64,000 bases of DNA, from contig CM082583.2 in assembly GCA_040954595.2 (NCBI GenBank), positions 13,182,987-13,246,986 on the forward strand, in the 5' to 3' direction. Both the position numbers and the translations under genes were made by a program. The notes beneath the pieces were generated by a model. The model saw only the letters and a program-made list of their open reading frames with translations. It was not told the origin of the DNA and did not search any database. How positions within the stretch are numbered: position 1 is the stretch's first letter; every line of letters begins with the position of its first letter. This document shows positions 25,201 to 37,555 of this stretch, piece after piece. The DNA is from Balanoglossus misakiensis (lineage: Eukaryota > Animalia > Hemichordata).

Positions 25201-28200
25201 CAATGGAGTGTGACGTCATTCACCAGTGAGGATCTGAGGGAGGGGCTGATTCAGTATCAACACGACGATTCTGAGACAATGCAGGATTCCTTCAAGTTCA
25301 TGGCTGCTGCCATCACCAACGAACCAGAGCTGAAGACGTCCAGCGATGCCATTGTTAACGGTATGTTCAACATCACCATCGAGATGAAGAATGACAACAA
25401 ACCCCAGCGCGTTGTGGATAAAGTTTTCAAAGTTGTTGAAAATGGGGAAAGGCTCCTAACTGATGCAGACTTGAAGTACACAGATGCTGACATTGACTTT
25501 GATGATGATAATCTGGAATACAGTCGACAGAGAATTGCAAATGGAGAACTAGTAAACATCAATAATGTATCGGTTCCAGTGTATCAGTTTACACAGAAAG
25601 ACTTGAAGGCTGGCAATATACTCTTCAAACACAAAGGCTCATCATTCGGCCGCATGGTTTTCTTTGTGTACGACGATAACAGATCAAAGTTCACGTCCGG
25701 ATTGCTGGAAATTGAAGCAGCAGAGCCATACATTGAAATCATAGAGAACACCGGCTTGGTGGTGCAGAAGGGAAAAGCAGTCATGGTGTCTGCTGCAAAT
25801 CTCAGCATAGATACGAACCTAAATGCAAAGGATAAAAACATAGAGTTTTTCATCACAGCCTTGCCAGAGCACGGGAAGCTCTTCAAGAAAGGAGAGGGAG
25901 GAGACCTGGAAAGTTTTAATCTGGAAGTGTTGAAGAATGATAGAATTCGTTATCAACATGATGAAAGTGAAAGCATGATGGACAGTTTCAATTTCTCTGT
26001 AAGGATCAAAGACTTTGAGGTGCAGGGTCATGTGCCCATCAAAATTTTCCTGAAGAGCCACCAGAACCCTCCGGAGATCGGTCAGAATAAAATCCTCGTG
26101 GTTACAGAGATGGGTGCAGGGACCATCAAGAAATCTCACTTGAAGGCCACACACAGAGACAGCAGTCCGACTGATATCGTTTTCCATGTGACGACCCAAG
26201 CATTGAACGGCTATCTGCGATTGCTCACAAAGGAGAGCGCTGAAAGACTCGGTGGCGGCGAAGAAGACCCGACATCAGATGCCGTGCAAACAACATCAGA
26301 GTATGAGGGTAGCGAGAAAGATTTCAAAGTGGAAGTTGAAACGGAGTTCATTGTGTCGTTCACACAGATGCAGATCAACCAGGGAAGGGTACAGTACGTG
26401 GAAATGGCACCAGGAGAAGTCTCGGATCAGTTCATCTTCGAGGTAACGAACGGTATGACGACGTTGCGAGATCAAGTATTCGAGATCGACATCATACCGG
26501 ACATTATTCCTCTGCGTGTCAAGAACATAGAAGTCCGAGAAGGTGGCTCCAAAGCGCTGACTGAGAAGTACATTAAAGTGAACAACAAGCACATCAAGAA
26601 CACTTTAATTCATTACACGATTGTCACTCAGCCCACCAAGGGACAAATTGAACATACACGTACGCCCGGAGAAGCGCTTACGAGTTTTACAACCGAAGAT
26701 GTGGCAAATGAATTCATCTACTACGTCCATGATGACAGTGACAGTCTGCACGATCAGTTCACCATACTGGCCAATGCAAGCTCCCAGAAATTCAGTGATA
26801 GACATGTCATAAATGTGACAATTACACCCATCAATGATGAGCCTCCAGAAATCGTCTCCAACCGCGGAATGGAAGTCTTCACAGATTCAGTCACTCCTGT
26901 GAGTTCTTACGACCTGAGTGCAGCAGATCCCGACACGAAAGATGATGAACTCTACTTCATACTGACTGATCCAACCAATGGCTATATGGCTCTGATCTAT
27001 GACATCAAAACACCAATACTGAACTTCACTCAAGCTGACATTGTCAATGAGAGGGTTGTCTTTGTGCATAGTGGTAAGTTTAGGGGTAATATTTTCTGGG
27101 GAAATAGATCACTTTTCACAAGTAAAGACATAGATTTTGATAACTTAAAAACATGGTCAGCAAACCGTTATATGCAAAATGACACGTATTAATGAATCAT
27201 TCATTAAGCATTTCCATGATTATTTAATTTGTTATGGCAGTCATTTGTGCTGACAAATCAGTCGCTTTACGTGCTATATTTTGTGGGTATATTAAAACAT
27301 ATTGTCTTTTACAGGGGCAAGGACTGGCGGTTTCCGATTCCAAGTCAATGATGGAGAAAACTCAGCAAACCGACAGATCTTCAGCATCACTGCAAAACCG
27401 CTCGTCGTCTCGGTGATAACTAATACTGGCATTGATGTGTACCCAGACTCTCTTCAGCCAATCACAGGTGACCACCTGAAAGCAGTGACCAATGAGAAGC
27501 CAGCAAAAATGTCCAATGGAAGCATCATCTTTGTGATTGCTAATAAACCTGCACTTGGCAAGGTGGTGAAAACAATGAACCAGGGCAATACAGCAGAGAC
27601 CGACCAGTTTGAGGAAGTAACCACCTTCAGCCAAGAGGAAATCAACAAGGGAACGATCAAATACAAACACGACAAAGAGTTGAGTAAATGGAGTGAGAAA
27701 GACGGCTTTATATTTAGTGTGTACCGATCAGCAGCTAGGAATGTAACAGACCAACAGTTCTTCATCAGGATCTCCTACGGGAATGTGGGTGGAAGCATCA
27801 AGAGCCCTCTACTTGCAAACACTGGTGCCAAAGTCGGCGAGGGTGATTTTGTGGTGATAACCAGTGAAAACCTAGATGCGTCTAACCTGTATGCAAAAGT
27901 GGAAGATGATCTTGACAACTACATCATCGAGTACAACATCACCCGACTGCCCGCCCACGGTGTCTTGACCATTGACGGGAACAACGTCACCCAGGCGTAT
28001 GTGACATTCAATCAAGAAGACCTGGCCAGAGGTGCTGTGAAATACATCCATGATCACTCAGACAGTTTGAAGGACTCCTTCGGGTTTGATGTTGCTCTGG
28101 GAAACACAGCCATGTCATCGGCAGAGAGGGCACAGAGTGGTGATAAAATCGCGGATGATGGCGACAACAATAACATCAATCTGCACGATTCATTCAACTT

Positions 28201-29974
28201 CACCATTTTACCTGTGAATGATCAACCTTTCACGCTGTTGACTTTAGCACCCGGCATGGAACTTGTCCAGGGAATCAACAAAATCATCACCAGGGAAAAT
28301 CTTGAGACGCAGGATCCAGACACTCCTCCCGAGGAAATTGTCTATGAAATAATCGATGGTCCGTCCAACGGCCGGATCGCTCTGACATCAGATCACAGTT
28401 TGGCGCTAAGAGAGTTCACTCAGAAACACATCGATGACAAAGTGTTGATTTTCATACACAATGGCAGGAAGGAACCCGGAGCATTCTATTTCAGAGTCTC
28501 TGACAGCGTACACAAAGATGTGTACAAAATGTTCAATCTGAATGTGATCCCTCTGTCATTGACCTTGGTTAACAACACTGGCATAGAGCTTCTGCAAGGT
28601 GACCTTTACGCGCCGATAACCAGGACAAACCTGGCCGCTCGGACCAATGGTCATCGTGGTGGTATCATGTACAACATAACAAGAATGCCAAGCCATGGCA
28701 TCTTGTTGATCAATGAACAACCACTGACATCTTTCTCTCAGTTTGATGTGGACAATGAGTTGCTGGCCTACTTGCAGAACGATAAATCGGCTTCAGAGGA
28801 CGAGTTTGAGTTTGTGGTCTACAACTCAGAGAACACCATCCCAGCAAACGTCTTCAAGATGACAGTGCAGGCGATCGTCAAGAAGAAGCACTTCACGCTA
28901 CGTTCTGGAAACTCCAACCACCTGACCACCGATGAGTTGGATGCGACCGAACTGGCCAACAGGACCCTGAGCAACCCTACGTTTGAAATTGTGCAGTTCC
29001 CACAGTACTGCCAGCTGATTGACGCCAGCACGTCTCAACCAATTTATCACTTCACCCAACGTGACCTTCTCAACCGCAATGTTTTGATCTTTGCACAGGT
29101 CATCCAGATGGACAACAAGACAAGCCACGTGCAAGACTCCATGGTGCTGTCTCTGAGGGCCAACAATGTCCAGCCTGCGCAGGTGGTGTTACTCATTCAC
29201 ATAAAACCAGTGAAGGCGAAGAAGTTCCCTGTAGAGGAGACAACTGAGGAAATTCCTAATGTGATTGATGATTACGACAGCTACCCAGATAAGGTTGACC
29301 CTGATGACACTGAGCAAGACGACAATCGAGTACATGGGTGGTACGATGATGATTCCTATTCCTCGTACGATGATGTGCAGAAAAAGGCGGTGACTCCCAC
29401 CACAAGCGGGAACAACTCGCTGGGAGGACCCGGATCAAGCTTGGTCGATCCCAATGCAGTATCCGGCAGCCAGTTGGCAGTCATCATTCCCATCATAGTG
29501 GTCATCGCATTAGCTACCGTCGTCGTCATCGTAGTCATCTGGAGAATGAAGCGCAAGGATCAGAAACCGGACCAAGTGGATTCTCCATATCCGGAACCAG
29601 ATGAACCCCCTCTCCCAGTCGTTCAACCACAGAGGCCACCAATACCAGGATCTCCCATCGGCGGACCACTGCCACCGCCCCAGCAGGTCGGTTCACCAAT
29701 CCCGAGTCCCGGAATGACGGAGCGCAGCCCACTGGCCCCCCAAGTGACGGTGACTCCGCTGGGAATGGCGCCGGGAATGGAGGATCCGACAGTGGCACCA
29801 AACTACCAGAACATGGCAGCAGGAGTTGCCGGTCCCTCCGGACAATCCGTGGTGAGCCTGGCATCGAGTGGAAGTGGCGTTATGGTGTACAACATGCAGA
29901 CAGCTGACCCTGAGATGGCCGAACATTGCAGAACCTCCAACCCTACCTTGCAAAAGAACCAGTATTGGGTTTGA
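22289..29974 (+). CDS. CSPG4: Chondroitin sulfate proteoglycan 4 / NG2 / kon-tiki orthologue, 5'-partial. Exons 22289-27073 and 27315-29974, about 2481 aa plus a missing signal peptide
   Basis: ORFs 22261-27192 and 27302-29974 join through a phase-1 GT-AG intron (27074-27314, VHSG|ARTGGFRF). The acceptor tttcatcaacAG gives an N-terminal ASFYG, like the ASFFG start of mature vertebrate NG2. Domains: two laminin-G domains (FRTSRSRGLLFLAAG, NDLLWH, FRGCL, FQGCI), a Cys-rich module, many CSPG/cadherin-like repeats (FTQxDIxxGxIxYxH), a TM helix (LAVIIPIIVVIALATVVVIVVIW), a Pro-rich tail and the C-terminal PDZ ligand QYWV. Confidence 0.95.
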
Positions 29975-32564
29975 GACTGTCAGTCGTCATAGATCCATGA
30001 TAAGATGATCCCCCCTTAGACTAAACTGCCAAAAGTGTAGGTCAGTCTGTGGTATAATTTTGCACTTTGACTTTCTAATGGAGCATAGAACTGAAAGATA
30101 GAATTGCAGTCATTTGTGTCTGGTACCTTGCTTAATACAGTAACAATCATGTGATGTTTGGCAATTAGAAGTGTTCAGCCTATCGTAAGGAGAAAAAAAA
30201 GATTATCAAGAAAATATTTCTCAAAAGTTTCCAGATGAAACCATTTCCAAGAGTAAAAGGGTGGATATAGTATCCTTAAAATAAAAATAAATATTCCATT
30301 GGGATTTGATTTTTCTGTCATTAGTGACTTGAAAGTTTGAGGATTTTTGAAGATTAGTGTTTTCCAGTTCCCATATGGTGCTACACATTATCTATCCTAA
30401 AAAATAGATAATTTTGTCCTTTCAGCATTTTGTACCTTCAGTAGAATCCAGTAGCTGACTTTGGATGTTCAACAGTTGCAATATGCAGTGCCCCCTTTTT
30501 GCAAGTGGGTATTACACGAAATTTCGATACAAATTTAATACTTTTGCAATTTCAAAGTCCCCAATTCCCGAATAACTGTTCAAAGTTTGCCTCCCCTTTC
30601 ATACATCTATATGTACGGTAGATCATCGTCTCAAGTAGCCTGCGTTCTGGGACTTTACGTGTGTGAACAAAATTATGCACTTTAGTGTGAATTTGTTACT
30701 AAGTAGCGTGAAAGACAGTGTCTTTTGTGTGTGACATTCTCAGCTCATTCGGAGTCTGTTTTTGAAAATATCGTACTCTTGGATCAGTGGGGTAACATTT
30801 CTCTAGCGTTTTTGAAATTGCAAGTATGAGAAAAAGCGAATCAAAAATGTGATCTTGGCTAGCAGCAAAGTATATGTACAAAACTAAGGAAAATATTGTA
30901 AAATGACAGATTTGACCATTTTGCTTTTAAAAGAAGCAGAATTTTTATTGTTGATTTGATTTTCCCTGAGGACAGGACTGACAAATCTTGTTTATGTTGA
31001 GAAAGAATGGACCTTTAGAAGGAGAAAAAACCTGCCAATAACTTGTAAGTTTTTTTAAAAAGATAATTTATAATTGTACATTTTACTTTTTTATTGAACT
31101 CCTAAATTGGCTTTGCTGAGAAACCATTTTCCATGATTGTTTGAATGGTACTCGGGTTTTCTTTCATAAATATCTGAAAAAAGGATATTTTTTATTATTA
31201 ATACCAGACAGAATTGAGGTGAGCAACATGTATTGAACCACTGATGCAACTCATAATGTAATCATCAGCAGGAGATGATATGACCAATGATGTCAGTCTG
31301 TAGACCATTTTAAGATGGAGGAGGAAAGAGAAGGTAAAGATTTGAGATGTCGATTTGAAAATATTGAAAGAAGGAAGAAAGAAAATATTTTACATGCTCG
31401 AAGAAAGATGTAATATAATTTGAAGCAAAGCAGAGTGTAGACGTTTACACTTTATGTACTACTGTGATATATAACTCTTGCTAACTGGATATATAACTAT
31501 TTATAACTATTCATTACTATGTAGGTGGTTTAGAGATTAGTTATCATGTATGTCATTACCTAGCAACCAATAGGCAGTCCATATCACTTTTTGAAGTATA
31601 CTGGCTTACATTGTGTAGTATTGTGAGGTAAATTCTGTTTGTGACATATTCTGTCGTTTATACTTTGTTGATGTTAACCGACAACCTCTTTCCATATTGT
31701 TCACCCGCTGTGTTTCTGTTATCTTGAAGACATGTTTCTCATTCAGCAGTTTTTTTATTCCTTGGCCTGTGTGAGGTTTTCATTCACCCATGCCTTCCCA
31801 GAGTGCAACAGTGCAGCCGAGTTTGTAGACGACCCATTTGGAATTTTGTCATGTGTGTTTAATTTGCCGAAAAATCCACTTGTTTTTTTCCCTTCAATTT
31901 TTGTCGTGTTTCGGGGCAGTAGAAAGGGCAGTCAATACATGGTGAAAACCAGATGACAGACTTTAACCGAAGGGTAAACTAATGTCCCCTTGAGCAGCTG
32001 ATGTGGATGTCTGTCAGTGTAATTTGCATAAATTGAGTCCATGATTTTACCCTCATTGCAAACCACGACCAGTCTGAGCTGTTGTATCCTCAGTCCTGGT
32101 AGTGTCTGTACTGATGCATTTTGGGACAGTGTGGAGTTTAGAACTGGATCATAACCATGTCAACCGCATGTGATTTTACACACATATCATCCAAGAGGCA
32201 GTGGAGGTGACATATGCCGGTGTTTTTGCAGTTTGTGAAAATACACAGTTCAGCACTGAAAACAGATCAAAATCTGTCATGTATCCACCATCCAATATAA
32301 ATGTAGTTATACACACTAAAATTGCACTCACGAAACACACACACGATCACAAAATGTAGATGGATGCACGTTTTCTCAGAAACACGCAGACACAATGTAT
32401 TTGCAAATTGTGATTTAGGCATTAGGCTAAAATAGCACAGACACATACAGATTGAACACACTTTCAAATGCACACGTAGGAAGACAGACAGTCACAAATA
32501 TACACATGGTTTGATAAACGCGCACTCACACCCCTTATTATGATACAATAACGCTGTCTGTTAT

Positions 32565-32657
32565 TTAACCCTTTCACCACCATGGTTCAGTCCAAACCTA
32601 TTGTTTTCTATGGCAAGGTTGGACCTCCAAAGATGAAACTGGGGGTGAAAGGGTTCA
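32565..32657. mobile_element. 85-bp piggyBac-like MITE (TTAA-type target site)
   Basis: TTAA-CCCTTTCACC (32569-32578) ... GGTGAAAGGG (32644-32653)-TTCA: perfect 10-bp TIR starting CCC, flanked by TTAA and a one-mismatch TTCA. Confidence 0.65.
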
Positions 32658-32845
32658 AGTCACCATACCTGCTGTAGAATGTTGATAATCATTGTAGCTC
32701 ACGAACTTGACAATGCAAGTTTTCTTGACGTCCTTGGTCACATATTTTGTATTTATTGATGTTTACATAACATCGCGTTGTGTTCCTGTATTTACAGTTC
32801 TGTTTTTACATTGCTTGTACCAGTACAACTGTATGATAACCGTAG

Positions 32846-32949
32846 ACATGAAGTCATTTCCTGTTGCCTCAGAGGTGAAATTGATTGAAATTATTGGTAA
32901 TTGTTAGTGAGATGAAGAGAGTGGAGGATGATGGGAAATGACTTCATGT
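32846..32949. repeat. Perfect 16-bp inverted repeat with a 72-bp spacer
   Basis: ACATGAAGTCATTTCC (32846-32861) and GGAAATGACTTCATGT (32934-32949) are exact reverse complements. Confidence 0.85.
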
Positions 32950-33034
32950 AGAGCAGTGAAGGTTACTCAGTAAAATGATAATTCGTGTCATATTTGTATT
33001 AATTGTTATGTATGTTTACAGTGGTGTATCTTGC

Positions 33035-33040
33035 AATAAA
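33035..33040 (+). terminator. Candidate distal polyadenylation signal of CSPG4
   Basis: AATAAA about 3 kb after the stop codon, following TGTA-rich sequence. Overlapping AATAAA motifs near 30280-30291 are a proximal alternative. Confidence 0.35.
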
Positions 33041-35087
33041 CAATCAATCAAAGCTGAACGTCGCGTATCTTTCTCGATTTTCCCGGGCAAGATGAAAATG
33101 AACTATTAGACTTCACTTATAGTAATTAATTTTTCTTTAAACATTCGACTATGTATTAAAAACAATGTCAGAAACACTTTGGGTTTTAAAGAACATCCAA
33201 AATATTTGGCCACTATGTGGCAGAGTAATACAGCGCAAACGTTTCTGTTTAGTTTTCATTACAGCAGGACACAAAACATGAACAAGTTTTTTTTTCCAAG
33301 ATTTATGACATACATGTAGTGGTTTTGTTCGTCCATTCCTATGTGAATGGGATTTACCGGTATTTTTTTTAAAAATTTGAGCACGTGTTGAAAACATGTG
33401 GCTCATGAATATATCTGTAACAAGACAAATGTGCATAATTTTTATATGAATGCACCTTTTCCACCATGTGTGGGAAAAGATCGCTTTCTAAAGAGCTCAA
33501 GCTCAGTCACTGATGTCCTTCATAATCTGTAACTTAATTGTTTCATTAGCATATATAGAACTCGAGAAGATCCGACCCATATCAGGCAGCAAACTCCACA
33601 TTTCAAATCAGCATTTCTGTTTGATGACTAACTTTTACGGGTGGACATATCAAATGTCAACTGTTACTAACTTTTGTTACTCAGCTTTATGAACATTATT
33701 TTACATCCAGTTATTTTTCTTTATTTGTTATTTTCCATATTGATAATATTATATTGTAAAATACATTTTCACATATGGTTTCATACAGTTATATATATAT
33801 TTTATCCCTTGCATGTTCTATTTTGTTGTAATATTATTTTCATAAAAATTATTAAAGTATTATTTCAGTACTATGTACAAACTGTATGTACCTGTGTTTT
33901 TCTTTTTTGTTATCGTTGTTGTTTATTTTTCATTCTTGTTGACTGCATGACAAAAATTTTGCATGACAATTTTGATCTTTTTTTCATTTGCAGAGTTTTA
34001 AGTGGCCATGGCACAGTATCTCCTGTTGACATTTAATGACAGAAGCTATGAAACAACCTGTTGATGCAATGCATATCAAAGTGACACCCCCAAAAATTGG
34101 CACTTTTAATTTGACAAAACAAAATACATGTAAAAATGAAATCAGCTGCTTATTAGACATTGATGGAGAGCATACTAGTAAACAGTTGATCAAACAAACA
34201 AATAATAAATTGGTTGTCTGGAGAAATGGACCAGTCCCCTATGATGAACAGAATCATGTATTCTCCCTCATTCTCGCGAGCAAGTCATATGTTATGTCAT
34301 GTTCTGTTCTTTACGAACATGCACCGGTATCGATATTGGGTCATGTACGTCATTGCGCGTATGGTTCCATGACCCATTTCTACCACTCACTTCACTGTAG
34401 CAGTAGAGAATGCAACCATATTCAAGTTCAAGGTCCCAGTTTGTTATCGCCTTCATTGGTCGAGTGAAAGTGTAAAGATTGACCGTTCTACTGCTATTCC
34501 AGTGTTAACCTGAGGTAGGTACCGTATCTCAACAACCACCAGCAGGGGAGGGTGATACTATTGGATTAATATATAATTGGAGTGCTTGTTACGTATTGAC
34601 TGGAAAAAAAAACGAGAACTGCTAATTAAATGCGGGAAGTTGCTGTACACTTCACCAGTGTTTATGAAAACCTTTAAAGTCAGATATGGGTGTTTATTCT
34701 CTACACTGTTGACAAATGTCACCTAGCTCTTAATATCATGTGTGCATGATGAAGAGAATAAAATGCAAAAGTTGAGACTGCGTTGGTTATATAACAAAGA
34801 GTTTGGAGTTAGTAGATTGGACTTTGGAATTTTGTTGATTACCGGTACCGGTAATTAAACTGTGTGCCATGCTGGTTAGAAGTTAGAAGATATCACGGAA
34901 GGATCTGACTGATCGACATTGAGCAGAAACAGCAACCTGACTATAAAGACTGTAGACCATTATTAACGCTCTTCTGTGGGTAACTCCAGTGGATTTATTT
35001 CTTTTAAAAAATAATGTTTTTTTAAATTCAGGATTGGATGAAGAAGGCAAAGTTTTTGGCGTCAACAACACAGCTCTGTGTCAGAAT

Positions 35088-36141
35088 ATGTCATATCAAA
35101 GAGTGACCGTGTTTGGATGTGCAGAACTGAAAACCTTGACAAAGGGTAAGCGAAGCATCCAGGGTTAGGGATAAAGTAGAGGCTGTAATGCATTGTGGAT
35201 AATTGCCAAGGTGGTGGTGGTGTGTGCGTGTGTGTGTGTGGGAAGGTATTTACATGATCCCTTTGATATGAAAGCCTGTGCGTTTTGTAAGGCTAATAAA
35301 AAAATAATCTTATCTCGTGCTCCTGAATTTAGTTTCTCGTGAACAGTAGCTTTTTCTAAAAGTTACGAGTTTGCAATTGTTTGTCATTTCAGTCACACCA
35401 GACCAAGTGAAAAAGAGACCTTTAGTAATAATACTTGGATGGCTTGGAGCAACACGCAAAGCACTGGAGAAATTCCATCCATTTTACAGTCAGAGAAACT
35501 GTGACATTTTAACAATACAACCAACAGCATCTCAGTTCTTGTGGCCTCCCAAGGCCAGCCACTTCACCTTGGAATTATTGGAGTACCTAAACAAGAATCA
35601 TTCCAACCGACCAATCATGATCCACGGGTTTTCTATTGGCTGCTATGTGTATTCCATGATGCTTATACACCTGGCCAGGTCCTCGCAATATGCAAATATC
35701 AGAGGTCAGATTCGGGGTCAGGTGTACGACAGTTTAACAATTGGTGGCCTTAAGCAGATGGCCATCGGAGTCTCCAAATCTGTGCACAGCAATGCCATGG
35801 TGAGGGCACTAATACAGCAGACGCTGATGGCATATTTCTGGTTGACACGGAGTGTCACAGTACGAAACTACGACATAGGAATTGACATGTTCAAGAATTC
35901 TCCTGTGAAAGCACCAGGCCAGTTCTTCTACAGTCTCTGCGATCCGCTGTGCGATCCACAAGCGATGAAGTTGGCCATGGAAGAGCTGGAAAGAAACGGT
36001 GTGGAAGTCTCCGCGAAGTCTTGGCCGGATTCTGGTCATACAATGCTGTTCCGGGATCACCCATCGGAATACACAGAAATTTTAAATCACTTCCTGGATG
36101 GGTTGAATCTGGGCAGTAGAAATGTCGACTCAAAACTTTGA
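35088..36141 (+). CDS. TMEM53/DUF829-family alpha/beta-hydrolase-fold protein, 268 aa, C-terminal SKL. Coding exons 35088-35145 and 35393-36141
   Basis: Family motifs RPLVIILGWLGA, HGFSIG, GQVYDS, FFYSLCDPL and WPDSGH. An upstream exon (acceptor at 35031, donor G|GTAAGC at 35146) supplies MSYQRVTVFGCAELKTLTK in the correct phase. A probable non-coding exon ends at a GAG|GTAGGT donor near 34514. Confidence 0.85.
35220..35240. repeat. (TG)n microsatellite in an intron
   Basis: gtgtgtgcgtgtgtgtgtgtg. Confidence 0.8.
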
Positions 36142-37555
36142 AAGTTGCTATGGTTTCCTGACTCTTGCTTTATGTGGTTGCAAGCACTAGGCATCATGAC
36201 TGCAGAAGTGACCATACCCTGATCTACATGTACCTGTTCTGAATGTGGTTTGCTTTAACAAACTTTTGTGTGTGCATATAGGAAGCAAGATCATTTCTGT
36301 CTGTATCAGAGTCCACGTGTGGTCATTTTGTATTTTTGTGATCAGGAAATCAGTACGAGTTGCCCTGTGGATGTTTGTAGTGCTCCAACAATTATTGCAA
36401 GTTTATAACAGATTGAAAGTCAAGAGATCGTTCATTGTAACTGCATTTTTTTTATTAAGAATGAAAGTTTAAAAAAAATAACAAAATGCACTTATCTTTC
36501 ATCAGATAAATTCAAATTGCACAGTCATCTAAAAACAGCAAAATAATATTAATTACTGGAAATCATACCAGATATATGAAAAAGCATAGACAAAAAAATC
36601 AACATTGGACTATTTACAATAAGGAACAGAATGGCAAGCACTTTAATCTCAGACTTCCCTGAAATGTCTAGAGCTTGGAAGTCACAGTTGGTCACAACTG
36701 CAAAATGTCTGAAAAACGTCCGGGGGAGAAAAAATGTTGAGGTACATGGTATTGTGTTTTGATTTATTTTGTTTTGCTTGTTGGAAGACGCCAGTTGAAA
36801 TACATACAGAATATGTAGATGTTTAGCTGGACTGTTCTGATGAATATGTTCTAAGTAAAAATGACTGAAATTCACATTGTGAAAAATAAAACTGTACTCT
36901 CAGTACAATAGACTGTGGACATTTGTAGAAACTGGGATCATTATGAAATATTTTGTTTGCTGAACTTGATTTATATAAGGAAAAAATCAACAGTTTATAG
37001 TATACAATTGTTTAATTTCTATACAGGTATTTACATATCTAAAAACACTTTTAAAAACATCTTAATTCACTTTATTTTTTACAAAATCTGTACAAAAATA
37101 GCACTTGTTAACTGTTATTATGAGGATGATGCACATAGTTGTGTTAAACGACAAACACAGAGCTTTAAATGAGAGTATGCAGTTTTTATCGTATTTACAA
37201 CAAATTCCAGGATATCTTGCAGAAGTTGGCCTGTGAGGCGATCTATAGAATTTCGGACTGTTTAATAGCTTGAAGTATTCTATTGCAGGTGAGGGTCTCA
37301 CTACGACAGAGAACAAATAAGGTTAAAAAAAAGTTGCTCTTTCATTAAAAAAAAACTCTGAACAAATCAAGTTTGGTTTTTAGTTGAATCAGGTCCTATC
37401 ACAGCTGCTGGAATTAATTAAACACAATAAGTGTAAACTGATAATTAAGTACACTTCCTCTGTTGTCATGGATGCCAGAGTTTTAAATTTGCATACAAGA
37501 ACATGATTGGCTGCTGGTTCAACATGCATTGCAACATTCACAGTTCATTTCAGTT

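Noticed and set aside
27074-27314. Treating the 1643-aa and 890-aa ORFs as two genes or as a frameshifted pseudogene
   Set aside because: A canonical GTAAGT...TTTTACAG intron joins them in frame within a CSPG repeat.
22674-29953. Antisense and alternate-frame ORFs up to 212 aa overlapping CSPG4
   Set aside because: Shadow ORFs produced by the codon bias of the long sense ORF.
32846-32949. SECIS element interpretation of the hairpin
   Set aside because: The ATGA is Watson-Crick paired in the stem rather than forming a GA quartet, and no reconstructed CDS contains an in-frame TGA.
33674-34467. 120-aa hydrophobic ORF and 143-aa ORF upstream of the TMEM53-like gene
   Set aside because: The first reflects T-rich low-complexity DNA. 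The second has no recognisable family features and overlaps the likely promoter/5' UTR.
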